Below are positions 1 through 10,315 of a stretch of 64,000 nt of DNA, one piece after another. Within the stretch, counting starts at the first letter, position 1, and each line of letters starts with the position of its first letter. Under the pieces are notes generated by a model, which saw nothing but the letters and a program-made list of their open reading frames with translations, was not told the DNA's origin and ran no database searches. Location: the NCBI GenBank assembly GCA_036867785.1, contig CP145414.1, positions 124,001 through 188,000 on the forward strand. The letters run 5' to 3'. The translations under genes were made by a program, and so were the position numbers. Origin of the DNA: Plasmodiophora brassicae. Lineage: Eukaryota.

Positions 1-410
1 CCGCCTGGTGCTGAGTCATCGGTGCATCTGCTGCACCTTCTTCCGACACGATGGCGCCCACCGTCATTGCACAGATCTGCTGCTCCGCGATCGGTGCCGT
101 TTTCGTGCGGCCTCGACGTGGCCTTTCCACTAGCACCGGACCATCGGCCACCGCCTCGTCCACCCGGACTTGCACCGCCATCACCTGGTCCCGCCGCACA
201 ACAACGTCCTCCACCAGGCGCAGCTGGACCGCCCTTCCCGTTCGCCGTCTGGACTGTTTCAAATGGACGCGAATGCCGATGCCCGGGATCTCGACGTGAC
301 CCAGCGCCAAGTCCCACCGTGTTGGCCACGCGTGCAGTTATGGGTGACCTATGATGAGGTCATGCGGCATGGCGTCGTCGCACACGGTGACTGCGATCTC
401 TGCTACTTGT
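1..410 (-). pseudogene. Possible Ty3/gypsy pol remnant (end of aspartic protease and downstream linker)
   Basis: Minus frame reads QVAEIAVTVCDDAMPHDLIIGHP*LHAWPTRWDLALGHVEI, resembling the retropepsin C-terminal D-I-I-G motif. It has an in-frame stop and no catalytic DxG is visible. Confidence 0.35.
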
Positions 411-744
411 CACGACTTTCGCAACCGCTTGATCGCCTTGGGCGAGTATATATGATGGAACGGAGTTGGTTGATGTCTTCAGTTTCTTTGGTGGCGTCGT
501 GGTCAACACTCATCGTGAACCTTGACGGCGTGTGTCGGTGGCACTTTCAAATTAAAGTGACAACCAACTGCGTATCTGGCTGGCTCTAGTGAACGGGCGG
601 CTCGGGAAATGTGATCGTAGGCGTTGACGGACGCTGTAGTACGTAACGACGTAGAGAGGCCAGAGAAATGATATGGGGCCCTTCGGATCGGGACGTTCAA
701 CTTGGGCAGTGTTCGTCCGGTGTCCGCTGCCAACGGGTCAGCAG

Positions 745-1127
745 GCCAGAGACCCAGACAATCAGCCCAGTTCGAACACATATCCCAACCTCATAACGGA
801 CCCCTGGCCCATTCCGTTTGTGGGAGTACCATTTCCGACTGAATGGCGCCGACTCTTGTATCGCGGGCAATCACTCGTGCGCGTCCAACGAGACGAAACA
901 ATTGCAGTGACTTGGAGCGCCGACGAAACGGTCTTTCCATTGAATCTGGATGCATAGTCATCGACGTAACAAACATGCCATCTATGTAGCTGAATGCGAA
1001 AACACCACGGAAAGGTTGGCAAGCCGCTCTACGAATAACCATATCCATTTCCTTAATGTTTTCTCATCCGCTCCCGTACCGCCGTAGACATCGAGAATCC
1101 TCCTGTGTTCGCGGCAGTGTACCGGGA
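745..1127 (-). pseudogene. DDE transposase fragment (PIF/Harbinger-ISL2EU, DDE_Tnp_4-like), frameshifted
   Basis: Pieces GADEKTLRKWIW and IQESAPFSRKWYSHKRNGPGVRYEVGICVRTGLIVWVSG are separated by frameshifts. Confidence 0.65.
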
Positions 1128-1833
1128 CGGACCGACCAAGACCGATCGGGTCGTCATCTGTGCGGGGATGTTTGGACTTCCTGGCGCTAAGGACATCCAC
1201 ATCGACCTCGACGAAGATGACGCCCAGACCGCAATCATTTCGCATGACTGGCAGCGGTCCGATGTCGTGGAAGTTACCCCAACCTTGTTCCACGCCGAAG
1301 TGCCGGGATTAACAGGAATCGGGAGCTTCATACGAAACGTCTTTCGTGGTGCCTGACTGCACGACGATCGATGGTGCGCCAGTTCTTCATCGATGGCATT
1401 CAGGCGCCCGTAATACGTCTGGGGATCGTCTTTCGACGTCGCCCAGGTCGCGCATATCACTAAAACAATCCCGATACACTGCCGCGAACACAGGAGGATA
1501 CTCGATGGACGTCTACGGCGGCACGGGAGCGGATGAGAAAACATTAAGGAAATGGATATGGGCATTCAAAGAGCGGCTTGCCAACCTTTCCGTGGTGTTT
1601 TCGCATTCAGCTGGCATGATTGTTTCGTCGATGACCTATGCATCCAGATTCAATGGAAAGACCGTTTCGTCGGCGCTCCAAGTCACTGCAATTGTTTCGT
1701 CTCGTTGGACGCGACTGATTGCCCGATACAAGAGCCGCCGCCATTCCGTCGGAAATGGTACTCCCATAAACTGAATGGGCCAGGGGTCCGATAAGAGGTT
1801 GGAATATGTATTCGAACTGGGCTGATTGTCTGG
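754..1833. repeat. Imperfect inverted repeat, arms ~370 bp (754-1127 and 1469-1833), ~340 bp spacer
   Basis: The reverse complement of 754-1127 aligns by eye to 1469-1833 with scattered substitutions and small indels. Confidence 0.9.
1469..1833 (+). pseudogene. Second, inverted copy of the same DDE transposase fragment
   Basis: Reads GADEKTLRKWIW...CFVSLDATDCPIQEPPPFRRKWYSHKLNGPGVR*EVGICIRTGLIVW. The first catalytic Asp motif is present and there is an in-frame TAA. Confidence 0.65.
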
Positions 1834-2345
1834 AGTACGAATTAAACAAAACGTAATTGCCTGGTATGGTGTACGTTACTTACGGAAAGCGCCTACGCCT
1901 GGAAGTCTGGATGCTTGTTGTATATATACCTCCTGCGGCCGTGTCGCCTCAGCGATGGTACCGTCGTCGCAAAGCTTGTCCAGCAGTCGTTGCGCCGAAG
2001 ACTTCTGCGTCCAACGCTTCATGTTAGAGTGTGCCGCGGTCCAGCACCGGTCACCAGATGACTCGACGCAGTTCTACCCCCGTTCGTCTAAGTGGGCCCC
2101 GTTTTCGGATTGAGCCCCCTTCGTCGGATCGGGCGGCCGTCAATTGGCGCCTGTAACGTCGTAACGCAGTACCTGGTAGGGTCCGAGGCGTCCGACCACA
2201 CAACTTCTCCGTCTGGCCGACAAGACTCTGTCAGAGTAGTTCGTCGAAGATGAACCGGCCGGAACAATGAATTATAAAACCTCCACTTATTTAGAATGAT
2301 CCCCAGATATAACGAAAGCATGCGTTCCGGCAACTCTCAGTGTGG

Positions 2346-3743
2346 TTAAGGGTTCGGGGTCGGAACCGGGGACACTTGCGACCGTTTCCGGATGGACAGC
2401 AGCAGTGAGGAGACGTGGTCGCACAGGCGGTCGGTGATCGGGTTGGTGGGCGTGAACGCCGACAGGATCAGCAGGCCGTCGACGCTCTGCATCGCGCAGG
2501 ACTGCGCGAATACGATCTGGTAGTCGCTGTAGTCGGCCATGGTCGTGTTCAGGACGCCCGTCACGATGATGTTCGCCGCGTATAGCAGGCCGAACGCGCC
2601 GTTCAGTGCGATGCGGTTGGCGAACCGCTGCCGCGTCCGGATCGTCGTCGGGTCGCCATGCATCGATTCCGCGTTGGCCAGCAGCATGGCGGACACCTTC
2701 CGCCCGTACCGAATGAAGACGACGTTCGCCGGGATGTACATCACGACGTACAGGGCGTCCAGGAGGCTGGTCGCCAGGAACTCGAGCTGCTCGACGCCCT
2801 GCACCACGGTCAGCAGCAGGTCGACCGCGAACGTCACCACGGCCAGGGCCGCGAACACATTCAGCAGCGTCGACCGGCCGCCCTTCGACGCCGTCGCCAC
2901 GTAGGCGTCCCAAACGGCCAACCCGATGAAGAGCGACGACGCGAAGTGCATCGGGACGAACCCCGACCAGGTCAGGCGGAACGCGAAATACGACAGGGCG
3001 ATGCCGTTGCACAAGCTGATGTTCGCGAACCAGATGCCGCGCAGGACGGCGGCGCCCATCTGCAACAGGAAGATGCACAGGGCGTTCCGCGGGACGCGCC
3101 GCAGGCGGCCATCGTTGTCGACGGCGAACCCGACCAGCTTGTAGACGGCGTACAGGAACTCGGCGACGCAGACGACGACGACGCCGACGCCGAACGCGAC
3201 GACGACGGGTCGGCGCAGGCCGATCTCGTTCGGGTTCGGGTCCGGCGACGACTCCAGCGTGATGGCGGGGCGGGCCAGCGCCCGTATCGCGTTCGGCAGG
3301 GCGTTCCCGGCGGAGTACTCGAGGACGAACACGGGCACCGACGTGAACGGGGTCGCTCGCGTCCGATACGTCCAGGTCGGCAGGTCGACCAGGGGGCGCG
3401 ACTGTTCCCCATAGAAGGCGATCGCGGCGCAGGCGACGCGCTGGCATCCGGCCGCGAGGCGCCCCGCGTTCATCGTCACCGTGCTGGCGATGAACACGAC
3501 GGCGCCACGCGCGGACGCAGGAAACGACGCGCCCAGGGCCTCCTCGTCGGACGCGAAGAACGCGGAGGCGTTGACGATGTGGAACGAGTTGTTGGCGGCC
3601 GCGTAGTGCGTCCCGTGAATGGTGAGCGTCGGGGCACCGTCGCTCGTCACCGTCATCGTGTCCGCACGCGCACCGGGCACGACGAGGCACACGATCGCGA
3701 ACACGGTTGCAGCAGCAGCAGCAGCAGCAGCAGGGGCGCCCAT
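2346..3743 (-). CDS. Signal peptide + PA (protease-associated)-like domain + 7TM, GPCR-like protein, 465 aa, intronless
   Basis: ATG at 3743 and a hydrophobic leader. PA-like pattern GAVVFI...CQRVACAAIAFY...SVPVFVL is followed by about seven hydrophobic segments. Confidence 0.75.
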   Translation of the reverse strand: MGAPAAAAAAAATVFAIVCLVVPGARADTMTVTSDGAPTLTIHGTHYAAANNSFHIVNASAFFASDEEALGASFPASARGAVVFIASTVTMNAGRLAAGCQRVACAAIAFYGEQSRPLVDLPTWTYRTRATPFTSVPVFVLEYSAGNALPNAIRALARPAITLESSPDPNPNEIGLRRPVVVAFGVGVVVVCVAEFLYAVYKLVGFAVDNDGRLRRVPRNALCIFLLQMGAAVLRGIWFANISLCNGIALSYFAFRLTWSGFVPMHFASSLFIGLAVWDAYVATASKGGRSTLLNVFAALAVVTFAVDLLLTVVQGVEQLEFLATSLLDALYVVMYIPANVVFIRYGRKVSAMLLANAESMHGDPTTIRTRQRFANRIALNGAFGLLYAANIIVTGVLNTTMADYSDYQIVFAQSCAMQSVDGLLILSAFTPTNPITDRLCDHVSSLLLSIRKRSQVSPVPTPNP

Positions 3744-4071
3744 TTGGATTATCCCGCGTTGCTGAAGATTCGATCGGGGGCGCCGTACAGACCGACCCCC
3801 GTGCACGGGCAGTAGCCGACAACGACGATCGTACTTGCCTGACTGAAGGCCAGGGGACGGGCCGACAAACGTCTATGGGGAAGGGGGGACACATTCGTCG
3901 CTGACGACATGACGGGTGCCTGCTCTACCAGTCGACAACGCTGGGATGATCACTGACCGTCTGAACGACCTTGGCACCGTCACCCGTCTCGATCGCAGCA
4001 CCGACCGACCGATCCCGCCGACGCGTTCCTAGCACACCACACACACACACACACCGACAGGCGCTCGTCGT

Positions 4072-4707
4072 TTACTGCTGCGGGTGTCGCTTGAACCACT
4101 CGACGACCTGGGGGTGCCCGCTGACGGTGGCGACGACCCGGCAGATCGCCGGGTAGGCGTCGATGAAGTCAGAGGGGATCCCGTCGAGCATGCCGGAGCG
4201 GAACCAGAGCACCTGGCTCCACAGCGACAGGTCGGCGATCGTGATCGCGCTGCCGCATGTGTACCCGGTCGTCGTAGCGTCGTTCCGCTCCAGGACGCGT
4301 TCGATGCCGGTCAGCAGCGGCGGCAGGGTCGTCTTGACGAGCGCCTTGCGCAGGGCGAGCTTCGCCGCCAGGTCCTGCTCGCAGAGCGACGGCACCAGCG
4401 CCGCGACGACGTCGTTGACGGCCTCGACGACCTGGTCGACATTGAGACGATCGATCGGGGCCGCCGGCTCCATCTCGCCGATAGCGGCAGCGTAACGCAG
4501 CAGGGCGTTCGTCCGCCCATACTCGACGCCGTCGATCGTCATGACGGGCAGGCCGCCGAACAGCGTCCCGCGTTTCAGTGCCGCCGCATCGTCGCCAGGG
4601 ACGCGCGCGTCGTCGAACGCGACCCCACCAATATGCAGCGCCAGGCGTATCGTGTCGGCGCAGGCCTCCACGTCGCAGTTCGTCAACCGAATCGCTGGCG
4701 TCGTCAT
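4072..4707 (-). CDS. Glutathione S-transferase-fold protein (sigma-like, atypical G-site), 211 aa
   Basis: IRLALHIGGVAFDDARV, FGGLPVMTIDG, NALLRY and the C-terminal GSAITIADL N-capping motif. Confidence 0.9.
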   Translation of the reverse strand: MTTPAIRLTNCDVEACADTIRLALHIGGVAFDDARVPGDDAAALKRGTLFGGLPVMTIDGVEYGRTNALLRYAAAIGEMEPAAPIDRLNVDQVVEAVNDVVAALVPSLCEQDLAAKLALRKALVKTTLPPLLTGIERVLERNDATTTGYTCGSAITIADLSLWSQVLWFRSGMLDGIPSDFIDAYPAICRVVATVSGHPQVVEWFKRHPQQ

Positions 4708-4889
4708 TCCCGAACGTCGTCCTAGGCCCGTCTCTGGCACACCGCGCGTCCCACCCGCCGAGTGCACTTCGTTACGTCGGAGAACGTCACGCGCGTCCCT
4801 CCCCGGGCCGGTCGCCAAACGTGGACCTCCTCAGCGAAACGACAACGTGATTATGCGCCCCCCCCCCCCCCCCTTTGGTCGGTCTATTG

Positions 4890-6191
4890 CTATTGCCAGC
4901 CAGCGACGACGTCGGCCTCGTCGCAGGCCTGGAAGTGGAAGGCGCAGCGCGCGCCGGTGCCCGGGTGCCGGGAGGCGGCGACGGCGAGGCGGGAGAACCC
5001 GCTGGACGACGTGACGATGCAGCGGGCCTGCGCCAGGAGCAGCCACTCGGCCCAGGTCAGCAGGTTCGCCGGCGACGGGTCGCCCTCGTGCATCAGGCCG
5101 CGGTCCACGTGGAACGGCTCGTTCGTTTCGTAGCGCGCGGCGTCGTCGCCCAGGGCCGCCGCGAACCTCGCCTTGTACTCGGGCGTGTCCGAGACGACGA
5201 CGACGGGCAGGCGCCGGGGCTTGTCGCCGCTGATCACGCGGCCGACCGTTCGGGCGCAGGCGGCGAACTCGACGACCGTCTCCGGGCGATGCCGCTCGTG
5301 GTTCATGCGGAACTCGCCGTCGCCGCCCCGCATGTGCACGGCGACGTACTCGTGGCCGGCGACGCCCAGGCGCGCCCTCATGGCGTCGGTGGCCTGGAGC
5401 AGCGCCGGCGACGGCCGCATCAGCGTCGTCCAGGCCCAGGTCAGCATCAGTTCGGCGAGGAGGCCCGATCGGCAGACGTCTGGGCCGTTCGGGACGCCAA
5501 ACCGGTCCAGGGCGGCGGCGAACGCGCCGACCTCCAGGACCGCCGTGCACCACCCTTCGAACGACGTGCGCACGATGACGACCGGGGCGGACGCCAGCGC
5601 GCCCTCGGTCATGTTGTGCACCAGGAGCGGGTTGGTCGACCCCGACCGCGTCGCGATCGTCACGTTGTCGTGCAGGGCGAGGACGGCGGCGGTATCGGTG
5701 AGCCAGTCGAGGGCGTTCGGTCGGACCGTCTCCGACAGCGGGACCGGGTTGGCGGGCAGGTCGATCAGGAAGACGCGCTCGGTGGCGACGGCCAGCAGGA
5801 ACGCGTAGACGATGCCCCGGGCGCGGTCGCCGATCCCCCCACACTTCCAGATGCCCGCCGGGCACTGCCAGACGAGGTACCGGGCGTGCGGCGCTCGTCG
5901 CCGTTCCGCGTGGAACGCCACGTACCGAGAGAAGGGCCAGGCAACCGACAGCGTTTGCGGCCAGCTGGACGCCAATGCACTGGTCGTGGTGCGATTCGAC
6001 GGGAGGTCACCCGGGGACGACCCGCTGGCCGCGATCGCAGGGCGTCGTTCGCACGACGCGTGCAACGCCGACGACGAGGACCGCCTCGACGTCCACGTCA
6101 CGATGCTGACGAGCGACACGACGGTCAGCAACGTCGACAGGGCGACGACCGCCACGATTCGTCTACAGGTCGGGCGGCAGCGCACGACCAT
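4890..6191 (-). CDS. Type II membrane fucosyltransferase-superfamily glycosyltransferase (GT-B), 433 aa
   Basis: N-terminal TM helix; GGIGDR...AFLLAVATERVFLID; motif I VAVHMRGGD; motif II VVVSD; motif III EWLLLAQARCIVTSSSGFSRLA. Confidence 0.85.
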   Translation of the reverse strand: MVVRCRPTCRRIVAVVALSTLLTVVSLVSIVTWTSRRSSSSALHASCERRPAIAASGSSPGDLPSNRTTTSALASSWPQTLSVAWPFSRYVAFHAERRRAPHARYLVWQCPAGIWKCGGIGDRARGIVYAFLLAVATERVFLIDLPANPVPLSETVRPNALDWLTDTAAVLALHDNVTIATRSGSTNPLLVHNMTEGALASAPVVIVRTSFEGWCTAVLEVGAFAAALDRFGVPNGPDVCRSGLLAELMLTWAWTTLMRPSPALLQATDAMRARLGVAGHEYVAVHMRGGDGEFRMNHERHRPETVVEFAACARTVGRVISGDKPRRLPVVVVSDTPEYKARFAAALGDDAARYETNEPFHVDRGLMHEGDPSPANLLTWAEWLLLAQARCIVTSSSGFSRLAVAASRHPGTGARCAFHFQACDEADVVAGWQ

Positions 6192-6230
6192 GTCCAGGAA
6201 TGTATGTGACGAGTACGTCAATGACGGGCG

Positions 6231-7470
6231 TTAGTACGTGACCTTGGGGAACAACTTCAGGATCATGTAGGTGAAGACGAAGGAGACGGCGACGAAGACG
6301 AGCAGGAAGTACGTGCCGCAGACGCACCGGGACGCGTCGCGCATGTGTGCGACCAGCGTCTTGTGCTGGCGGTCGACGTCGGCCACGGCGCCGCTCGCCG
6401 CCTCGTCCAGGTCGCTCACCATCTACGCAGCGTCAGCGCGCCCCGCACGACACCTGCCCTGTCACGAACCTGGTTGTCCATCGCCAGGTGCTCGGCAATC
6501 ATGGCGACGCGCGTCTTCAGCTGCTCCGACAGGTCGACCAGCTTCCCGCCCAGCTGCTCGTGCTTGTCGCGTTCCATCTGCGCGTCCGCTTGCGTCGACC
6601 CCGTCGCTCTCCTGCGAATCTCGCCGTGTCATGGGCCGGCCGCGCGTCGTCAACGAAGGTGGGGACGCACCTGCGAAGCCTCGGCGACGATTTCGCGCGT
6701 TTCGCAGCAGCAGCAGGGGACATCAGCGCCGATGTGTCTTCGGACGAGACGGACGATTCCGCATCGCTTCCGACATCGTTCACGGTGTCGCTGTCGTCGT
6801 TCTCCGTCTCGTCGTCGCTGCCGGCCGCTGGTGCCTGGGCCCGTTCCGGCTGCATGGCAAACGGCTTCGCCGCCGTCATGAGCTCGTCGCGCCGTTCCTG
6901 CAGGACCCGGCTGTGATGCCCTATCCCATAGGCAGATCAGACGTTGGCCATGGACCTTGGCAAGCACGGCGCGTACGAACGCAGGCCTGCATCTCAGCCG
7001 TGCCGGCCGCGTGCTTCGCAGACGCAGGTGGCAGCGTCGGCGCCTGTCGGACAGGGGGAGTCATCATCTCGTACGGTAACAGCAGCGCCGCCGCTGTCAC
7101 TCACTGACGAACGCATACGTAGGACCTGGGCGATGAACGCGACACGTCGCCGACCTTCCTCGAGGTCCACCCTGCAGAGAGCACGACAATTGGAGCCGAC
7201 GAGTCGCGCGATGACGACAACACGGCGTACCTGCGGGGCAATGGGCGATGCCGCGCCTGCTCCCGCTCCAACGTCTCCAGCTGCTCCTGCAGGACGCTCA
7301 AGTACTATCGACGACACGTGAACAAGGCGCTGGCGGGGCACATCGGCGGCGCCCGGCACCTTCTCCAGAGGCAGGTCCTGCCGGGCGGGGCGCTCGTCGA
7401 CAACGGCGGCGTAGCACCGGTCGAGCAGGCGGATGAAGTTGACGCAGACGACGTGCAGCGGGTCGGCCAT
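6231..7470 (-). CDS. USE1: USE1-like ER Qc-SNARE, multi-exon
   Basis: Exons VNFIRLLDRC...EK|YLSVLQEQL, RRDELM, SNARE coil HEQLGGKLVDLSEQLKTRV...DNQ|MVSDLD, and a C-terminal TM ending ILKLFPK. GT-AG introns include 7305-7359 and 7172-7230. Confidence 0.85.
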
Positions 7471-7709
7471 GTCGTTGTGCGCATTGCTCGTCGTCGCCGA
7501 CTGGGCGTCGTCGCCCGCCGACGGACTGCGCGCACTGCGGCGGACTGCGCGGCGGACTTCGCGCCGTCAATACAGGCCCTCACCGCGACTCGCTAACCAC
7601 TTCCCTGCCCCGTGCGTCGTCCGTCACCGCTGGACGCATCTGTGTCGAGCCGCAAACGCAGACGGGGTCACATGGGAACCGGCTCCGTTTACGACAGTGA
7701 TCGGGCTGC

Positions 7710-8851
7710 TCAGGCGTGTTTGATGGGTTTGAAGGCGTCGAAGTCGTGGTCGGCAAGGACGTCGTCGTAGGCGGGCGGGGGCGGCAGCGGCGCGATCGAC
7801 TGGGCGGCGGCCGCATCGGTGAGGGTGGCCGGTTCGGGGACGGTGCGCGGATGGTTCACCAGGGCGACCTGGGTCAGCTTAACCCAGTAGTCGCCGCCCT
7901 TCAGCTTCAGCTTGTGCTTCGACATTAACGATTTGATGGGGAACTCGCAGTCCCCGAGCAAGACCGGCGCGTTCCCTGCCAGCTGTCATCGTTATCGGTA
8001 GGCTGTGCGCAGGCGCGCGCCCCCGTACCCGGGATGCAATCGAACGTGCGTACAAGGTAGACGGCGTTCTTGTCATTGGGTGCCTCGAACCCAACGTTCG
8101 TCCAGACGGGCTTCGTCACGCCAAACGCCGCTGTCGACGTGTGCAGCACCTTCGTCCACGTATTGTTCGGTTCCTTCTTGAAGAACTCCAGATGGGGACC
8201 GTTCTGCGCACGAACACAGCCGTCAAGTTCCCCGCGTGGATCCAGCGCCGACGGGCGATCCCGCACCCAGCCTTTGACGTGCCTCTTGCGGACTGGGTGG
8301 CACGGGAGCGGAAGACGACGTGTCAGTCCATGGGGGCGTGCGCGCACATGGGAGAGGGTGCAGACCTTTGGCGGTGAACTGCACGTACGATACGATGTCG
8401 CTGGCGCCCACCGACTGCATCGCGCACGCGCAGGTCACCGGCCGAAGAATGAAGGGCGCAACCCGAGTAACGAAAGCTCCGCCTGGACCTGGTCACGCCG
8501 CCTAAACGGTACCTGCCGCATGTGTACAAGGACCGTTTCAGTGCACAAATGTGATCCTACACGTACCATATGTAGGCGTGAGGTCATCTCGCCATTAGGC
8601 GCGCCCGAACCAGGTGACGAGTTTCCCAGCAGGGCTGTATCCCTAGTACGCCCTATACGTCGGACGTACCAGGTCGGGGCAGACCACGTTCGCCCCTCTC
8701 TGTCGACGCTATCGCAATTTCTGTGTTGGCCGCATCGAGGATTCGATCGGGGCTCGACCTTGGAATCGAACACCCTGCGCCTACTTTCCTTGACCAGCTC
8801 TGTAGGCCACGGGGGCAACCCTGCATGCACGTGCCCCAGGCGGATGGTCAT
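7710..8851 (-). CDS. C2-domain (copine C2-like) protein, multi-exon; 5' exons unresolved
   Basis: Exon pieces YVQFTAK, GPHLEFFKKEPNNTWTKVLHT...KPVWT...YLVRTFDC and LLGDCEFPIKSL, plus a Pro-rich tail with LPPPPAY. The start is uncertain. Confidence 0.6.
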
Positions 8852-8965
8852 CGCGGCCGAGAGTCGCCCATCCGTCTGCGACACGACAACCAGGAATGCC
8901 TCGTGCACAGTAGAGCAGACGCCTACTACCCGTGTATTGACCCGCAGGTTGGCCCCGGGGGGCGC

Positions 8966-10315
8966 TTAGACGACCACGGCGGCGACCAGAACGGCGGTGA
9001 CCGCGCTGCTGAAGGCGACCGTGGTCGTCGGAGCGGCGACGGCGCTCGTCTTCGAATCCCGCGTCTGCGGCTCGGCGACCGCATTCGTCTGCTTCTGCGG
9101 CTCGGCGCCCGTGTTCGTCTGCTTCGGCGGCTCGGCGCGCGCCGTGTTCGTCTGCGGCTCCTTCTTCGGCGGCTCGGCGCGCGCCGTGTTCGTCTGCGGC
9201 TCCTTCTTCGGCGGCTCGGCGCGCGCCGTGTTCGTCTGCGGCTCCTTCTTCGGCGGCTCGGCGCGCGCCGTGTTCGTCTGCGGCTCCTTCTTCGGCGGCT
9301 CGGCGCGCGCCGTGTTCGTCTGCGGCTCCTTCTTCGGCGGCTCGGCGCCCGCGTTCGAAAGGAGCCGTCCGAGGACCTTCCGGGCGGTCTCCATTGCGTT
9401 GTCCAGGTCATTCTTGGCGGCGGCGTCGTTGCCGTCCTCGAAGGCCTCAACGGCCTGCCTGTACGCCGCCTCCAGTTCGCCTTGGGCGGCCTTCACGATC
9501 GGGGCCTCCGTCTTCGCATCGGCCTCGGCCTTGCCAACGATCTTGTCGGCGACCGCCTGGAACTCGGTCACGTCGGGATGCGCAGGGACCAGAGCGTCGA
9601 GGTCGTTCCGGGCCGTCGTCAGCGCGGCCTGCATCTGCCGCTGTGAGACCACGGCCTTCACCTTCACCTTGCCGTCGGCGCCGTCGCGTTCCTGGACCTT
9701 GCTGACGGCATCGTCGAACAGCGTCTGCAGCCGCGCGTTGGCTTCCTGCACCAGCGCGATCGCCAGGCGGCGACGCTCCTTCAGCAGAGCACCAGCGTCC
9801 GTCGCGTCCGTGTCCGTCGCCGCCGGGACCACGTTGTCCTGCAGGCCTTTTCCGCACGTGTCGACGACGATGTCATTCACCTCTTCCTGGAACTTGATCA
9901 CGGCATCATCGTACATCAGTTCACGGAGCCGTTCCTCTACGTCATCCCGAAGTTCATCCAGCTTGGCGACGGTGGCGGCATCGCCCTTCGCATCCTTGGC
10001 GGCCTTGGTGTGGACCTTCTGGAGCTTGTCGATTGCAATATCCATATATCTCGCGCGCCCAAACCACCCACGGTTTGTCATGTGGGTCGTGCGGGCACGC
10101 AGCTCCTCGACGTTCTTCAGGTCGTCGACCCGTTTCTCGCCCGCTCCGTCAACGGCGGCCTTGGCGATCGGCGCAACGTCTTTCCGGAATTGGACAATCA
10201 CTTGGTTCTCCGCTGGCACTCCCGGATTGGTCTCTTCCCCAGTTGGCGTCGTTCCTTGCACGATGACGGCCAGGGACGTCGCGACCGCGATCAGGAGCAG
10301 CTTGCCGTTGTACAT
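8966..10315 (-). CDS. Secreted, probably GPI-anchored helical surface protein with repeat stalk, 449 aa
   Basis: Signal peptide MYNGKLLLIAVATSLAVIVQG, Ala/Lys/Asp-rich helical body, AEPPKKEPQTNTAR repeats, and a hydrophobic C-terminus with no cytoplasmic tail. Confidence 0.85.
   Translation of the reverse strand: MYNGKLLLIAVATSLAVIVQGTTPTGEETNPGVPAENQVIVQFRKDVAPIAKAAVDGAGEKRVDDLKNVEELRARTTHMTNRGWFGRARYMDIAIDKLQKVHTKAAKDAKGDAATVAKLDELRDDVEERLRELMYDDAVIKFQEEVNDIVVDTCGKGLQDNVVPAATDTDATDAGALLKERRRLAIALVQEANARLQTLFDDAVSKVQERDGADGKVKVKAVVSQRQMQAALTTARNDLDALVPAHPDVTEFQAVADKIVGKAEADAKTEAPIVKAAQGELEAAYRQAVEAFEDGNDAAAKNDLDNAMETARKVLGRLLSNAGAEPPKKEPQTNTARAEPPKKEPQTNTARAEPPKKEPQTNTARAEPPKKEPQTNTARAEPPKKEPQTNTARAEPPKQTNTGAEPQKQTNAVAEPQTRDSKTSAVAAPTTTVAFSSAVTAVLVAAVVV
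9137..9346. repeat. Coding minisatellite, 5 identical 42-bp units (degenerate units continue to ~9050)
   Basis: Unit gcgcgccgtgttcgtctgcggctccttcttcggcggctcggc x5. Confidence 0.95.

Noticed and set aside
2140-2160. TGGCGCC as a retrotransposon primer-binding site
   Set aside because: No adjacent LTR or gag could be identified.
3708-3733. (GCA)n microsatellite / polyQ ORF 3707+
   Set aside because: Encodes the poly-Ala in the leader of the minus-strand 7TM gene.
4858-4873. C16 homopolymer (possible G-quadruplex on minus strand)
   Set aside because: Simple homopolymer; no evidence of function.
9050-9346. CRISPR-like regular repeats
   Set aside because: Tandem units with no spacers, in-frame coding, eukaryotic context and no cas genes.
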